From NCBI RefSeq assembly GCF_902652985.1, contig NC_047027.1:17112001-17176000 (forward strand): a stretch of DNA of 64,000 nt, read 5' to 3'. The translations under genes and the position numbers were made by a program. Below are positions 25,201-40,200 of the stretch, in pieces. Numbering within the stretch: the first letter of the stretch is position 1; each line of letters begins with the position of its first letter. The notes beneath the pieces were generated by a model. It saw nothing but the letters and a program-made list of their open reading frames with translations. It did no database searches and was not told where the DNA came from. The stretch is from Pecten maximus. Its lineage: Eukaryota.

Positions 25201-28200
25201 AAACACAAGAAGAAGAGGAAGAAAAAGGCATTCCTTCCAACTTCTTCTATGAACTGGACAAAATGACATCCAAGCCAATGATAACAGAAGACTCTGGTCT
25301 ACCTGAGGACATGCTGTCACTCCAGTATCCTTTGTTACTGTCGTCCTGTGACATGCTCACGTACAGGTCCAATCCTGTGACATGCTCATGTACAGGTCCA
25401 AACTGCTGGGTAGAAATATCAGTCATCATTTTGCCATATATATGAATTGTGTCACTCCATGCAATTTATTTTGATGTTTACTTTTTTTGTACCTTTCCAA
25501 AAGTGTGATGTAAAAAGGATGTTTTTTTTTGGTGGAAATTATCAAACAGACCATAGTTTTCTCAACTGAGTACTTTGTTTTCAAGATATGGTGACTTTTT
25601 TCAAGATTTGTATTTTTTTTCTTCCAAAATAGAAAAATTAGACCCTTTGAAAATGACCAATTTTACATTATTTTAAAGTTTGTCATGGTATAGTTTTCGT
25701 ATAATATACATAACTATTCAGTGTTGAGTTTCCTTGACCGTTTCCCTAGATATTCTTTTGGTTACGACTGTACAAAAAGAGCTAACCTTCATTTACTTGA
25801 TGAGAAAACTGTGATATTTGCTGCGGGAAACCTGGTTCAACTGGTGGACCTTCAGACTCGTGAACATACGTATCTACGTAGTACAAGTGGAGGTGGAGTT
25901 GGAGCCCTCGCGGTCAGTAGCAATGATATCTCATTGAGATGCATATTGTATAATTGGTAATATTTGCAGGAGATTGAATTTTTGAATATACATAAATGTG
26001 TGGATCGAAACTTCAGAATATTTACAAGTCGGTGTTGTGTGAAATTTAATACCTGCAAACTAGTTCCGAGTGAGACCTCAAAATGTTTTCCCTCCTGAAT
26101 TTAACAACTATACAATACTTCTATTTACCTTAAAGAATAGTTTCTTGCTAAATAAACATATTGCTTTGATTATGGCGGAATACAAATATTTTTCATGATT
26201 ATAAGATTTTTGTTAATAGACTACAGGTTATTAGAATTTATATACTGATATCTTAAAGCATTTCACAGAATACTTAAAATTGCTTTTTGTATATTTATCA
26301 AAATGTAAATTTAATTCCATTGAAAGAATGTTATCTATATACCTTCCCTAATTTAACAATTAAACGCTTGGTAGATTGTATTTATTGGCAAGATCAATGC
26401 AATCTGGGTGACAGATAAATAGAATGACGCCCGTTAGGGCGTCATGAATATTTATCTGTCACCCAGATTGCATTGATATTGACAATAAATATAATCTAAC
26501 AAGCGTTTAATTGTTATATTTACATTAGATACGTTAAACTTCACTTTCTCTTTGCTAAATCTGGGATTTAAGTTAAGATATTCCCCTGTTTGTTCAATTG
26601 AAAGAACGGCACATGTGAAATCGATTTCATTGTAGTGCTTGGTTTGCATTCAAATTGATGTGTAATACAAAGCCTTGGCATGACTATGATCAACATAGCA
26701 CCAAAATGACGTCATAATTACGCGATTGTTCTAAGTCGAAATCCTTGCTAGGTTTGATTCACCCGCAACGCATTGCCAAACATTTTTTTGACGCTGACGG
26801 AAGTGACGTCATGTGATCTGGGCTGCATTTATACGGTGATCAATACCATCTGGTTTAACACAGGAGTAATGGGAGACCGTCACACAGAATGTAAATATAA
26901 GATCTTAACAGACAAATGATGTAAGATGGTTTGAAAGGGAGACAGACAAATCAATGTTTAGTGTCTCTGCTGTTGTAGGTTCATCCAAGCAGGAAGTACT
27001 TTGCTGTTGCTGAGAAAGGAAATTCTCCTAACATTAATATATTTGAGTACCCCTCCCTGAAGTTGTACCGGATCATGAGGGGAGGAACAGAGAGGTCCTA
27101 TTCCTACGTCGACTTTAGGTCAGTCAGAGAAAAGATACTACTACATTTTGATAAAATTTGTACTTAGTTTGAAAATTATGATAAATATTTTCGGATGACA
27201 AAATGAATATACATGTATATGTGAAGCATTTCCCTAGCAACAGGCCAAAAAATTACTTAAGATTTCTTATTCAATACCTTTTAAATACCCATTAATTTAG
27301 ATATCAGCAAAGAAAATCTGACCAAGAATCAATAAGTGCCTGGTGTTAATGGGTGTTCATTCTCAATCAGACCTGATAGATTAGTTGAAATAACAAATTG
27401 TATCCAGAATTAAATCACGGATATCAAAATCTCCCTAGATCTCACAGAATTTCATCTTCAATACAATAATAACTTGTGTTGTTTGATTTCAGCTCGGATG
27501 GAGAACTGCTGGCTTCTCAGGGAGGTAACCCAGATTTCATGTTGACCGTGTGGCGATGGCGAGAGGAAATGACTGTCCTTAGGTCCAAGGCTTTCTCCCA
27601 AGATGTTTTCCGTGCAACCTTTTCCACTGAGCTGGAAGGTCAACTGACCACTGCCGGAACAACCCATATAAGGTAAATAGGTCAGCTGACCACTGCCAGA
27701 ACAGCCCATATAATGTAAATAGGTCAACTGACCACTGCCAGAACAACCCATATAAGGTAAATAGGTCAGCTGACCACTGCCAGAACAGCCAATATAATGT
27801 AAATAGGTCAACTGACCACTGCCAGAACAACCCATATAAGGTAAATAGGTCAGCTGACCACTGCCGGAACAACCCATATAAGGTAAATAGGTCAGCTGAC
27901 CACTGTCAGAACAGCCCATATAATGTAAATAGGTCAACTGACCACTGTCGGACAAAGACAATATAAGGTCAACTATATGTTGGCTAATACACCTGCATCA
28001 ATGGATTGCTCAATTCACCAGTCTCCAGAAAAATCAAGAATGGCATCATATTTACCCCGGTACCCTCAAATAAGCCCACTCCCCCAGTTTTATCCCCTTC
28101 TAGTACCATATTTACCTCAAATAACCCCTCCCCCAGTGTAAAAGTTTAGTACCATATTTACCTCAAATAACCCCTCCCCTGGTGTAAAAGTTTAGTACCA

Positions 28201-31200
28201 TATTTACCTCAAATAACCCCTCCCCTGGTGTAAAAGTTTGAGGCGGGCTTACTTTTACATCACTTTTAGCTTACTATTTCCAGATTGATGGATCTGCAAA
28301 AATGAAGAAATGGACTTATTTGTTGCCTGGGATTTAAAATACATTATGTTTTCATAACTGTCCTGATCCTGTGAGCTAAAAATATTACTATTCAAGTTTT
28401 TGTTCTCAAAGTGAAAAAGTTCTTAAATTGGCATGCTCTTATTTTTAAGGTTCTGGAAAATGGCTGACACTTTCACAGGTTTGAAACTTCAAGGAGCTCT
28501 TGGTAAGTTTGGCAAGACAGAGATTTCTGACATTGAAGGATATGTGGAGCTTCCAGATGGGAAAGTGTTGTCCGGATGTGAGTGGGGAAACATGCTGTTA
28601 TGGGAAGGAGGCCTCATCAAAGTGGAGATTTGCTGCAAGGGGAGAAAACCCTGTCACATTGGTAACATCATGCAGATCCTATTGGACGAAGGAGAGTTGA
28701 TGACTGTCGGAGAGGATGGGTTCATCAAGGTAATAGCTGACAGACATGGCTATGATGGGACTGTGGGGTTAATAAAAACAGGAGACATTATATCATGCTT
28801 AGACTGGCCCCTTGTCTGTAGAATTTATGAAAAATTATGGACAAAAATTGAGCTTTATATCATTTTGATTTTTAAGAAATGTCTTCACTCCTAAGTTTCA
28901 AACTTGAGGAAGATGAGCTTGTGTATGAATTTATTTTGACAAATCTGGACAGAAACTTAGGGCTGATAGGCCTTAAGTCTTTAATATGCTATGGTTTCAT
29001 ACAGATAATTAAAACTGATCTGAAATAGGTCATGCAGGGTTTTAAAAGAAAAAAAAAAAAAAAAAACCTGAAGTATGTCTTTCAGTGGAGAAATATGTCA
29101 TTCAATAAACATCAGCTATTCCTTATTTCTCAGATAAACCCATGCCTGGTTATAACATTTGGACTCTCTTATAATTTTATTTCTGGAAATAGCTACTCAT
29201 CACAAAAATTGAATTCTAACTCATGAATAAAACAAAACCATGTGACTTTCAAAGTATTTTCAAATAGTTCAATGCATATGTGATGTATTTGTCTGTAGGT
29301 TTGGGACTTTGAGAGTGTTGACACAGCTGATACCACAGATGACACTGGAATGTTTGAAATGGAACCAATGAACGAACTCCGAGTGGGTGATGGTGTCAAA
29401 TTACAATCCATTAGTAAATCTTTTGATGCCGAGACTGAGATGACGTTCTGGTACGCCCAGGTGGGTACATTGCATACAGCTACAAAACATGAGCAAAATT
29501 AGAAAATAAAATGTTCCATTTTTTTAATGATTCATAATTTCTTTGTTTTACCAAACGTTTGGAGCTAAAAAGATGTTTTGTGACAGCAAGCGTGAATTGG
29601 GCTCAAATTCTTTCTAGAATTTGAAAGGCACAATATATATTTTTTTTATTACTGTGTCCTAGAAAATAGCAAAAAGAAAAACCTTTGAAATTAAAAGAAA
29701 ATTTTACACAATACTTTATATCTATAGAGGTACCCTTACATAACTCCCAGGTGTGAATTGCTGTTGTTTTATCCCCTTCTAGGATGCTAATGGAGGTATC
29801 TGGAAGCTCGATTTATCATTCTCCCATACCTCCCTGGCCCCAGAGAAGATGTTTACCTACCACGCCGGTGCCATTCTCGGCTGTGATACATCGCCTGTCA
29901 GTCACATAGTTGCTACTACAGGCCAGGATCGTAAGTATCTTCACAAACTTAAAATAGTCTGAAGATAAGCTTTCCTAACATTGATTAAAAAATATCCTGA
30001 AAATGTTTATTTTTGGCTAGTGATACCACTTAATCTATAATAAGTGTATAGAGCTATAAGTCAAGATTCAATGCGTGTATACTGTAAAGAAGAAGAAGTA
30101 AATGAAAAAATCTTTGTCAGTATAAGTTATTTGAATAGATTTTAGATATTAATGTTTTGCCATTTTCGTTGTCCCAATATGAAGATTTCCTCCAAAACTT
30201 AAACATTTTGGTATTAACTTTGGTTAACAGACACTGTCAGAGTATTTGACTACCTGCAGCAGAAACAACTTTGTGAGATGAAATTTGCATCAGGAGGTTC
30301 TGCCCTTCTCTGGGCCCCACAAGTTGTGAGTATTTTGTTTCTATTTGTTGTCAGTTGACTAAATTTTCAGACAGGCAGTCAGTTAAAAAGTTATGAGAGA
30401 CTGACCATAAGCCTATTTGTTTTTGAATTTTAGGGTATAACCAAGTTATAACAGATTAGCGCTATGAGGAATTGTAATTTGATTTCTTTACACAAAGTAA
30501 TTCCAGAAACTTTGTCATTGTAGGTGGATCCTAAGGGAGCTACAATTCTGGCTGGATTTATGGATGGCGTAGTGAGAGTTTTCAACATCAGCCAACTGAC
30601 TGACGATTCCACTCGGAAACATAAGAATGACTGTGATCTGGTTTTACAACAAGCCTTCAAACCTCATTCATCTGTTGTCAACAGTATGGCCATAAACAAA
30701 GCCGGGGACATCCTCGCCACAGGGGTAAACAAATTTACTTTATTAAACGATGATTGTTTGAACCAAAAACACTTTTCCATTCAGTTTTTAACCAGATACT
30801 TTGACAACTATGAAAATTTCAACAATAATTTGTTTTGGTAATATTTGTTATCAAATACCCAACAGCCATGCTGATAACAAATACAAATGTATTTCATTTA
30901 GGGGCCATAGGTATTGCAATGCATTCATCTATGAAATTCTTCAATGAAAGCGATCACCCTTATTACACTAATAACAACAATTAAAAGTAGTAATAATGCA
31001 AATTATGCATGTTTGGCTGAATGGAATTATTAATTGACGTACTGAAAAGTTGTCAGTTGGCTGTTTAACAATGCAAAAAAATTGATAAATAAATAAAAGG
31101 TATAAAATCAAAAAATAAAAATCCATGTAAAGATGTAATTATAAAAAGAATATTTTGTTATTGTGTAACTCGTTTTTTTGTATGGACATTGTGTTAATGT

Positions 31201-34200
31201 ATAACATATTTCCAGGGTGAAGATGGAACAGTTTTCTTCCTCACCGTCGGAACAACATACAACCCTATTGGTTTTATTAATATGCCATCAGCCATCAAAA
31301 AAGTCCAGTGGTCTCCGGAAAGTAAGGTACGCACAATCATAGACTGGAAATGAAGTATTACAGATTGGAGAGTGAACATTGACATGAAATGAATGGGAAA
31401 ATGCTAGTGCCGAACTTAATATGAAAAATTATTTATGCCACCACCATGAAATAAGGGAAGGGGGCATATAGTATTACCCATGGCCGTCCCATTGCATCCC
31501 GCCACAATGCAACGTAACTAGCTAATCTCAGGAACTGCTGATGTGATCCTCACCAAACTGTGTTTCAGGGTGTCGAGTGGTAGTGGGAGCATTTATGTCT
31601 GACAGACATTTTCTAGTTGTTAATTTATCACATGAATCTACTTTAAAACTGGTTATTTTAAGATCAAATTTTCCTGGTTCTGTTTTGACTATAAAATCTT
31701 TTTCATCACAACCAGTATAGGATTTTATTTGTGATGTTTCTGTTTATTTTTATAATGTTCTTATACAGTCAAACTTGTCAATTCAAACTTGGATAACTAG
31801 ATCAAATCTTATATAAGATATCATTCGTACCAAACCCTGAAACTTGAATCCTCAGATAAGTCAATTTTTTTTTGCAATACTGATGACTTCAAGTTGTTGA
31901 AAGAATTGAAAAATATGTTTACTTTTGATATCTTTCTGCTTTTTTGTCAATTTTGTGACCTGAGTTGTTTTGCTAAATCTTCTTTTAACTTTGCTTTCTC
32001 TAAAAACAGGATATCAGGAGGGAGACACTTCTAGTGTTTTGTGACAAGGGCAAAGTTATAGAGGTCGAGAGTCCAGATGGCGCCACGTTTGATACATCAC
32101 ACACTTTCAAAATAACAGGGCTTAAAACCCGAGAATATAACTTCAAGAGTGTCAAGTCCACTCTCAGGGTGAGTTTAAGTGAAGTTAAAGCTCTCTGTAG
32201 TGTTAACAGAAGAATGACATATAATTTTTTGAGAAAAGTTTTTAATTCTTACTTTGACATACAACTTCAAGGTTTAAAATTACTTTATATCATACATAAT
32301 TCTTTGACATCAGAATTCTAGTTTGTGATTTTAATCTCACTACTACACACTAATTTTCATACCAGACAAACAAATATGTATCGCTAGCTTCAAAACATAA
32401 GAAGGGCTTTTGCTCTCATTTCGGATGTGGCTTTTGTCTCATTTTGGGATGAAAATTGGTGAATTGGAAAGACCTTTACAAGAGTAAACTGCTGATTTTG
32501 GTTTTGATATCATGTGCAAATATTTCAATGGAAAACCCTGTACATAAAGTCACAATGATATTGGGTTTCTTAAATCTTTCAATATTGTAAATTACCCTTT
32601 TAATGAATCATCAATTAATGACAAATTAATTAGCATATTGATCAAATGGTGTAACCATAAAATAAAAGGAAATAACTTAAATAGCTTCAACTTCAATTTG
32701 TGTGATCAAATTTTCCACAATATTTGCTAATGCCAAAATAAGATCAATGATAAAACTTGTTTGCTTATAGTCAAATTTGTGATTTTTTTTCATCAATCCC
32801 TGAACAATTTTAACTTTGATTTTTTGAAATTTCCTTTTGTAATATGGTAAAAAGAAACCTGTTTGTTCAATATCAAAATTTTGAAGGAGATTTTTTTTTA
32901 AATTTCTTATCTTCTATAGGCATTCGAATTATTGATATAATTTCTTCACTTAAATAGTGTTCACTACAATAATAATGTTTGTTCAAAATTTTGAAAATAA
33001 CTAAAAATTTTAAAATTTGTTGTGCTTTAGAGTACAAACATCCATGATAAAAACCTTGAAATATTTCGGTTTTAATTTGTCATCATTCATTACATCTCAG
33101 CATGAGGAGGAGCTGGAGAGGAAGAAAATAGAAGAAGAAGCGAGAAAGAAGAAAGAAGCTGAGGAAAGGAGAAAGCGGATAGAGAGAGGATTGGAAACAG
33201 AGTCAGAACAAGGAGATGAAGGAGGTCTGTACGGAATAAACTATAAGTACAGTGTATGGGATAGAGATTTTGATGTTTGTTGTGAATCCCAAAGAAATCC
33301 CAATTGTATACATTGTGATAAGTGAAGTTTTATGATATCAAATTGATATAGAAATCAATCTAAATGTTATCTAAATGTTTCTCTGTCATCCGCAAATCTT
33401 ATCGGGAAAACTTCTGATCTTGATAAAAAGTGTTTTGGGTATAGAGTAGGAATCAGCGTGGAGGTATTAGTCGGCCATCCTGGTGACAGTTCTAGTTGTT
33501 AAATGATGTAAACACTAAACTGATTTTTGTTTCAGAAGAGGAAAAGCAGCCGGAGGAGGAATGGACGCCATATATACCATCTGATCCTAGTCCAATCCTT
33601 GAAGGTTTCTACACTGAGGACGGCAGCTTCTGGCTCTCCATGGTACAACTACTTTATTTCTTTCATACTTTAGATAAAGAGTGGGGTGTACTTCCATATT
33701 TACCCCTGAATTAGTCCAATCAATGTCATTATTTAAGACCTAAAAAGTTTACTAATACTCATCTGAAAGTGAAATATAATCACTAGGTTCATCTTTGTTT
33801 CATAATTTTGAGCTATCAGAGATCTGTCGGTCTGTACCATAAGATATGATTAACCCTAACAGCATTTGTAAATTTAAACTATATACATGAGGGTACCAAA
33901 CAATTTTTTGACACATTTTGTTTTCTTAATGCTGTTTTCTTTAATACCCATTTTTTTACTTTAAACCTTTTTTTGTTGGAACAAATGACCTTTTTTAGTG
34001 TTGATGGGCTGTTAAGAATATGTTAATAAAAATAATTTTGTAAGTCAACAACTCTGGTCCTATCTTACGAACTGTTTAGCTGGTGATAGTGGTGTTTCTG
34101 ATTGTCCTGTGTATTATTTGGCTGGTGATAGTGGTGTTTCTGATTGTCCTGTGTATTATTTGGCTGGTGATAGTGGTGTTTCTGATTGTCCTGTGTATTA

Positions 34201-37200
34201 TTTACAGGGTGATTTCGATGCTGGTTACCTGTACAAGTGTAACTGATTGTCCTGTGTATTATTTACAGGGTGATTTCGATGCTGGTTACCTGTACAAGTG
34301 TAAGTTTATGAGTCCTGAAGAGAAGTCTGGCCTGCCTGAGGAGTTGATTGACCAGCCCATTCAGTCTATACCAGTGGTGGACAGTGAGGATGTACCAATT
34401 AACATTATCAAGTTCAGGTAGGTCGCTGCTGCCAAAACATACACTTAACTATTGATAGAATGGTGACCATTTTGAAATCCAATCAAGTGTTAGTACGTCA
34501 TATTAAAAACAGTGATTTAACCTTGCTGAAAAAAATCTGAAGCATAAAGTACTAACATTGGCAAACTACGTCATTACTTTTGATATGTTGATGGAACATA
34601 TCTTCAAGTCAATATGTCTTTATTAGGTCATCTGACCCAAAGGGTCAGGATGACCTATAGTCATCGTGCTTCGTCCGTCGTCGTCCGCCGTGCGCCGTGC
34701 GTTGTGCGCCGTGCGCCGTCCGTAAACTTTTTCTTTCAAAACGCTACTCCTCCTTAACCCTTGGGTGGATTACTTCCAAATTTGGTTTGAAGCATCATTG
34801 GGGGAGGGCAATCATATTTTATATAAATGAGGCTGGTCTGACCCCTGGGGCCAGAAGGGCGGGGCCCCAAAAAGGGAACTTAGGTGAATATTGCTATAAA
34901 ATCCTACTCCTCCTTTACCCTTGGGTGGATTACAACTAAATTTGGTGTGAAACATCATTGGGGGAGGGCGGTCATATTTTATATAAATGAAGTTGGTGTG
35001 ACCCCTGGGGCCTGAGGGGCGGGGCCCCAAAAGGGGAAATTTGATGAAATTTTGCTATAAAATCCTACTCCTCCTTAACCCTTTAGTGGATTTCAACCAG
35101 ATATGTTGTGAAACATCATTTGGGGAGGGCGGTCATATTTTATATAAATGAAGTTGGTGTGACCCCTGGGGCCTGAGGGGCGGGGCCCCAAAAGGGGAAC
35201 TTTGATGAAATTTTGCTATAAAATCCTACTCCTCCTTAACCCTTTAGTGGATTTCAACCAGATATGTTGTGAAACATCATTTGGGGAGGGCGGTCATATT
35301 TTATATAAATGAGGCTAGTGTGACCCCTGGGGCCTGAGGGGTGGGGCCCCAAATGGGTAACTTTGATGAAATTTTGCTATAAAATCCTACTCCTCCTTAA
35401 CCCTTTAGTAGATTTCAACCAGATATGTTGTGAAACATCATTGGGGGAGGGTGGTCATATTTTATATAAATGAGGCTGGTGTGAGCCCTGGGGCCAGAGT
35501 GACGGGCCCAAAAAAGGGAACTTTGATGAAATTTTGCTATAAAATCCTACTCGTCCTTAACCCTTTGGTGGATTTCAACCAGATATTGTGTGAAACATCA
35601 TTGGTGGAGGGTGGTCATATTTTATATAAATGAGGCTGGTGTGGCCCCTGGGGCCAGAGGGGCGGGGCCCCAAAAGGGGAACTTTGATGAAATTTTGCTA
35701 TAAAATCCTATTCCTCCTAACACCCATAGTGAATTATTACCAAATTTGGTGTGAAACATCATTGGAGGAGAACAATCATATTTTATATAAATGAGGCTGG
35801 TTTGACCCCTAGGGCCTGAGGGGCGGGGCCCCAAAAGGGGAACTTTGGTGAATTTTTGCTATAAATCTACTTCTCTCTAACCCTTGGGTGGATTAATACG
35901 AAATATGGTGTGAAACATCCTTTGGGAAGGGTGGTCATATTTTATATAAACGAGGCTAGTGTGACCCCTGGGGCCTGAGGGGCAGGGCCCCAAAATGGGA
36001 ACTTTGGTGAGTATTTGCTGTTAAATCCTAATCCTCCCTAACCTTTTGGTGCATTACAACCAAATTTGATGTGAAACATATTAGGTGACGGCAATCATGT
36101 TTTTTAATGAGACAGGTTTGACCCCTGGGGAAAAAAAGATGGGGCAAAAGGAGTGCTTAGGTTAAACATTTCTTAAAAATGCAATTCCTCCTTAATGCCT
36201 TAATTGATTACAACCATATTTAGTATGAAACATCATTGGGGAAAGGCAATCCTAATTGATATAAATGAGTCTTGTCTGACCCATTGGGACAGAGGGGCAT
36301 GCCCCAAAAATGGGAACTTGGCTAAAATTTTGCTTTATGATGCTGCTCTTCCTAGACAAGCTAAATGGATAAAAACCAAATTTGATCTAAAACATAACTG
36401 GCTGCGATAAATAATTTATGGTAATAATGCTGGATTGGGGTGTGTGTCCCTGCTGTAAGTGTAAGTGTTTGTCAGATGACCGTTAAGGCCCATGGGCCTC
36501 TTGTTTATTTATTTTTATTTAGAAATGACAAAGTTTCTTTCCATCAGTAGAGCTGATTCCATGTATGGTTGAGTATTTGAAGAGTTTTAAGAAATGATGA
36601 TTATCCAGAATTTTTGTTCTGCCATTTTGGATTACAAGTTACTACATTTTTTATGTTAGAAAAATGTGGATTTGGGAAAACAAGAAAAGCACTTAGAGAA
36701 ACAGAAAAAAAAATAATTTTGGTATGACTTTTGGATAATTATGATAAACTGTTTCTGTTTCAGTTCTAATGGGCGACAGGTGTTGATGGGTATGAGTGAC
36801 GGTGCGGTGAGGATCTATAACCTAGAGACACCTTACGACATAACAACCATGGGGCCGTACTGGACGCTGACCATGCATGACAACAACTACGGACATATTA
36901 CGGGACTCAAATGTAGCTACGATAACACCATGATAATGACCGTGGGAGGGGACAGTAACTTCTTCCTCTACCAGTACATGGGGCAGGAGGAGATTGACAA
37001 GAAAACGGAGGAAAATAAAGCCAAGATTCCTTCTGCTAGGGTGAGTGTTATTTTACGTCAATAATCCCATGTCAGCCGAGGTATTATTGTTTATGTCCCT
37101 CAGCCCTGTGTTGGTCTGAAGTATGATTACTAGATATCCTTGAATAAACCCTCTTTTCTAGTGAATACGCTTACTATTAAATTTTGGAGATAATTTTATT

Positions 37201-40200
37201 TGCTTACTATTTCAAGTTTGATGATTCTGCAAAAATAAAGGAAGGGGATAGTTCGGGGAGCAGGTTATTTGTGGGGTGGGCTTATTTGTAGACAAGGGAT
37301 TATTTGTGAATAAATATGGTGAGTGATATAACACTAAATCAGTAGGAATAAGTTGATATCAAAACAAGAGGAAAAGCAATATAACCACCAAGTGATTTAA
37401 AACAAATATGAACATTTATTTTCCATTGTCTTTGAATTTTGTTTTAATATGCTTACAGAAACGTGGAGACGAGATCATAGATGATATTGATGACCCCAAT
37501 GCCTACAGGTAGAGCTTAAGTTTGAGTACTTAATACAGCAACAATAACTCAGAGACTCCTTTATTTGATGTGAAAGTGATTTTCCAGTTCTTACCATTAT
37601 GTGATTTTCAAGAACATTTACAATTAAATATATGTTGGTAAAATTGATAATGAACTGAAGAAAAAATATTTAGAATTTTTTCTGTTATCATACGTTTACC
37701 ATTTATGGTCTGAGTTTCATCAATATTCCTTAACTTAAGATTTTCCATTGGAAAGCATTACAGAATTTAGGGAAGGTTCCTTAACTTAGATTTCCGTCTA
37801 AATCCTTAGCTAAGACTTGTGTCATTAGATTATGTAATGCTTTTCTATGGACATTTTTAAGTTAAGGAATTTCCTTAAGTTAAGTAATGTTGATGAACTC
37901 AGGTCAAGATGTTATGCAAGATATATTAATAAAACAAACAACACTGTCACTTATCATAGTAAATCTCTTACTTTAGTATTGAGGATGCCAAACAGAAGGC
38001 AGAACATGATAAGATGATGAAACAGGCCGAGGAGAAGAAGAGGGACGTGAAACAAAGGATTGCTCACCTCCGCCGACAGTTCAAGACTTTACTGGAACAG
38101 AATGAGAACCTGCCTAATCATCTACAGCTTAGGAAAGATGTAAGTATCTAGTGTTCATAACTGGGGTCTGATGTATGGACAAGGGTCTGAGCTTATGTGT
38201 CGAGAAACAGATTCATCAGTTTTAACGCCCCCCCCCCCCCCTCCCCCTTTCCCCCAGTAAAGTCTCTATAGTAAAGAGGGTATATACCGTATAGTAAATC
38301 ACTTTGTGTATCGATCAGTGCAAAGCTTGTATACAAGATGTCTCTTGAACTCCTGGATAGATTTAGTTCATATTCATACCATAACATTACACAATTAAGT
38401 TCTGCACTTGATTAGATTTCCCTCGTCATCTGTCAAGGTTAAAAGTAAGAGTCACATTTAATCACTTTCAATGTATTATTTCGTTACTTTAGTAGATGTA
38501 AATCTACTGTAATTATAAGAATTGTTCAATACTTTTCAAATATTTCCAGGAATTTGAGATGGATAGAGAAATTAAATTGGAGCTTCAGAGACAGAAGGCA
38601 GAGAGGATAGCGATCGTGAGGAAGGAGAATGCGTGGGAGTCCGAGAAACACCGGATAGCTTTGGAAAAAATTCGCAAGAGGTGAGAAATGGAATAATCAG
38701 TTTTTCTATATTAATATAAACAAACTGGGATTTCTGAGTAAATTTAGTCTGCAATACACGCTGTATTGCAAATCAGTGATGATTATTTTTACTCACTGTA
38801 AGTACCCAGAAAAAATCTTCAAATCTTCAATAAAAAATTCTTTGATAGTAATAGAAATTTAAAGCTAATCATGGTCTTGGGTGGCCTTTAGAACTAGAGA
38901 TTATCCTAGTAAAGCTAGTTAAAGCTAGTAGGACACCAGTGTATCACATGTTTACTTCCCATTAGAATGGTACACAATCCTGTAACTGGGTGTATTTGAG
39001 TAACAGAGTTTAGAGAGACAACCAGCACTTCACAAAGAAGTTAAACTTGAGTTGTCCATCCATTCATGTTCAGAACGAAAAAAAAAAAAAATGAAAATAC
39101 ATGTAAAATAGAACATTGGAACTGAAATTAAAATGAACTTGAAATTCTTGAAATTGGCAATTCATACTTTCACCAAGGGGGCCGGGGTTTGATTCCCCGA
39201 TCGGACGTGAAAAAGTATAGGGTCACTTACCCGACCACGTGGGTTTTCTCTGTGGATTCTGGTTTCCTCTCACAGTAAGACCCCTCCCACACTTTCATCC
39301 GGGCCATCAAGAGAGATTAATATAAGTTGATGTAACTTGTTTCGCAATTGTTGTAAAATAGATAAAGTTTTCATTTACAAAGATTATCTTGAATAAAACT
39401 GTTGATGGCAATTCATATTCTTAAGTAGATATTTTGTAATAAATTTGGTATAAGGTCTGTATCGTTAAATTGTGTTCTACTGTCACGATTATATTTGTAA
39501 TATAAGATAACCTCATTTGCAGGTTTAAGGATGTGGTCGAGTGTGAACGTATCGTGGTGAGGGCATTCAACACTTCTCACGAAATAGCAAGTTTCCGAGC
39601 AGCCAAACTGTCTGACGACTTCTACACACTAAAGGCCGAGTTTGAACGCCGCAGAACACAGACCATGATGAGGGATGACCTCACTCGGGATCCCACCCGT
39701 GACCTCATGACAGGTAGGAACCAATCAGGACAAGGACAGATTAGCCAATCACAATGTAGACTTGTTTACTTGTTTATTTTCAATAATTCAGCAATTTGAA
39801 GTAAGATTGTACAAAAGATACACAAGATTCAATACACATTGACCTAGATAAAGTTGTAGGTTAGTGATTCATATTAAGGATTTCATTCTGTAACTATTTA
39901 AAAAAAGCATGTTAGTTTTTGTGAGTTATTGGATTGGTTCATCTTTCAGTGGAATTTGACTTGGATGTGTATAATAATCTGACATTTATATTATTGTACC
40001 TGTAACATGTTAAGTAATCCATGTTTTTGTAGCGAATGTAATGACCTGTCTCAAATTGATAATGATATGTATAATGTATCTTGTAATAGAAACATGTCAA
40101 CAATTTAGGAATTTATGCCAAACTTATTTTCCTATAATAGTTTTATTATTTTTTTTGTAAGGGCTTTTTGGGACAGATAATGGGCACCTTCTGGATTGTA

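Noticed and set aside
27458-27961. Antisense 167-aa repeat ORF
   Set aside because: Reverse translation of the 42-bp donor-site minisatellite.
27637-27975. CRISPR-like array
   Set aside because: Eukaryotic context, contiguous units without unique spacers, no cas genes; the same applies to the other arrays.
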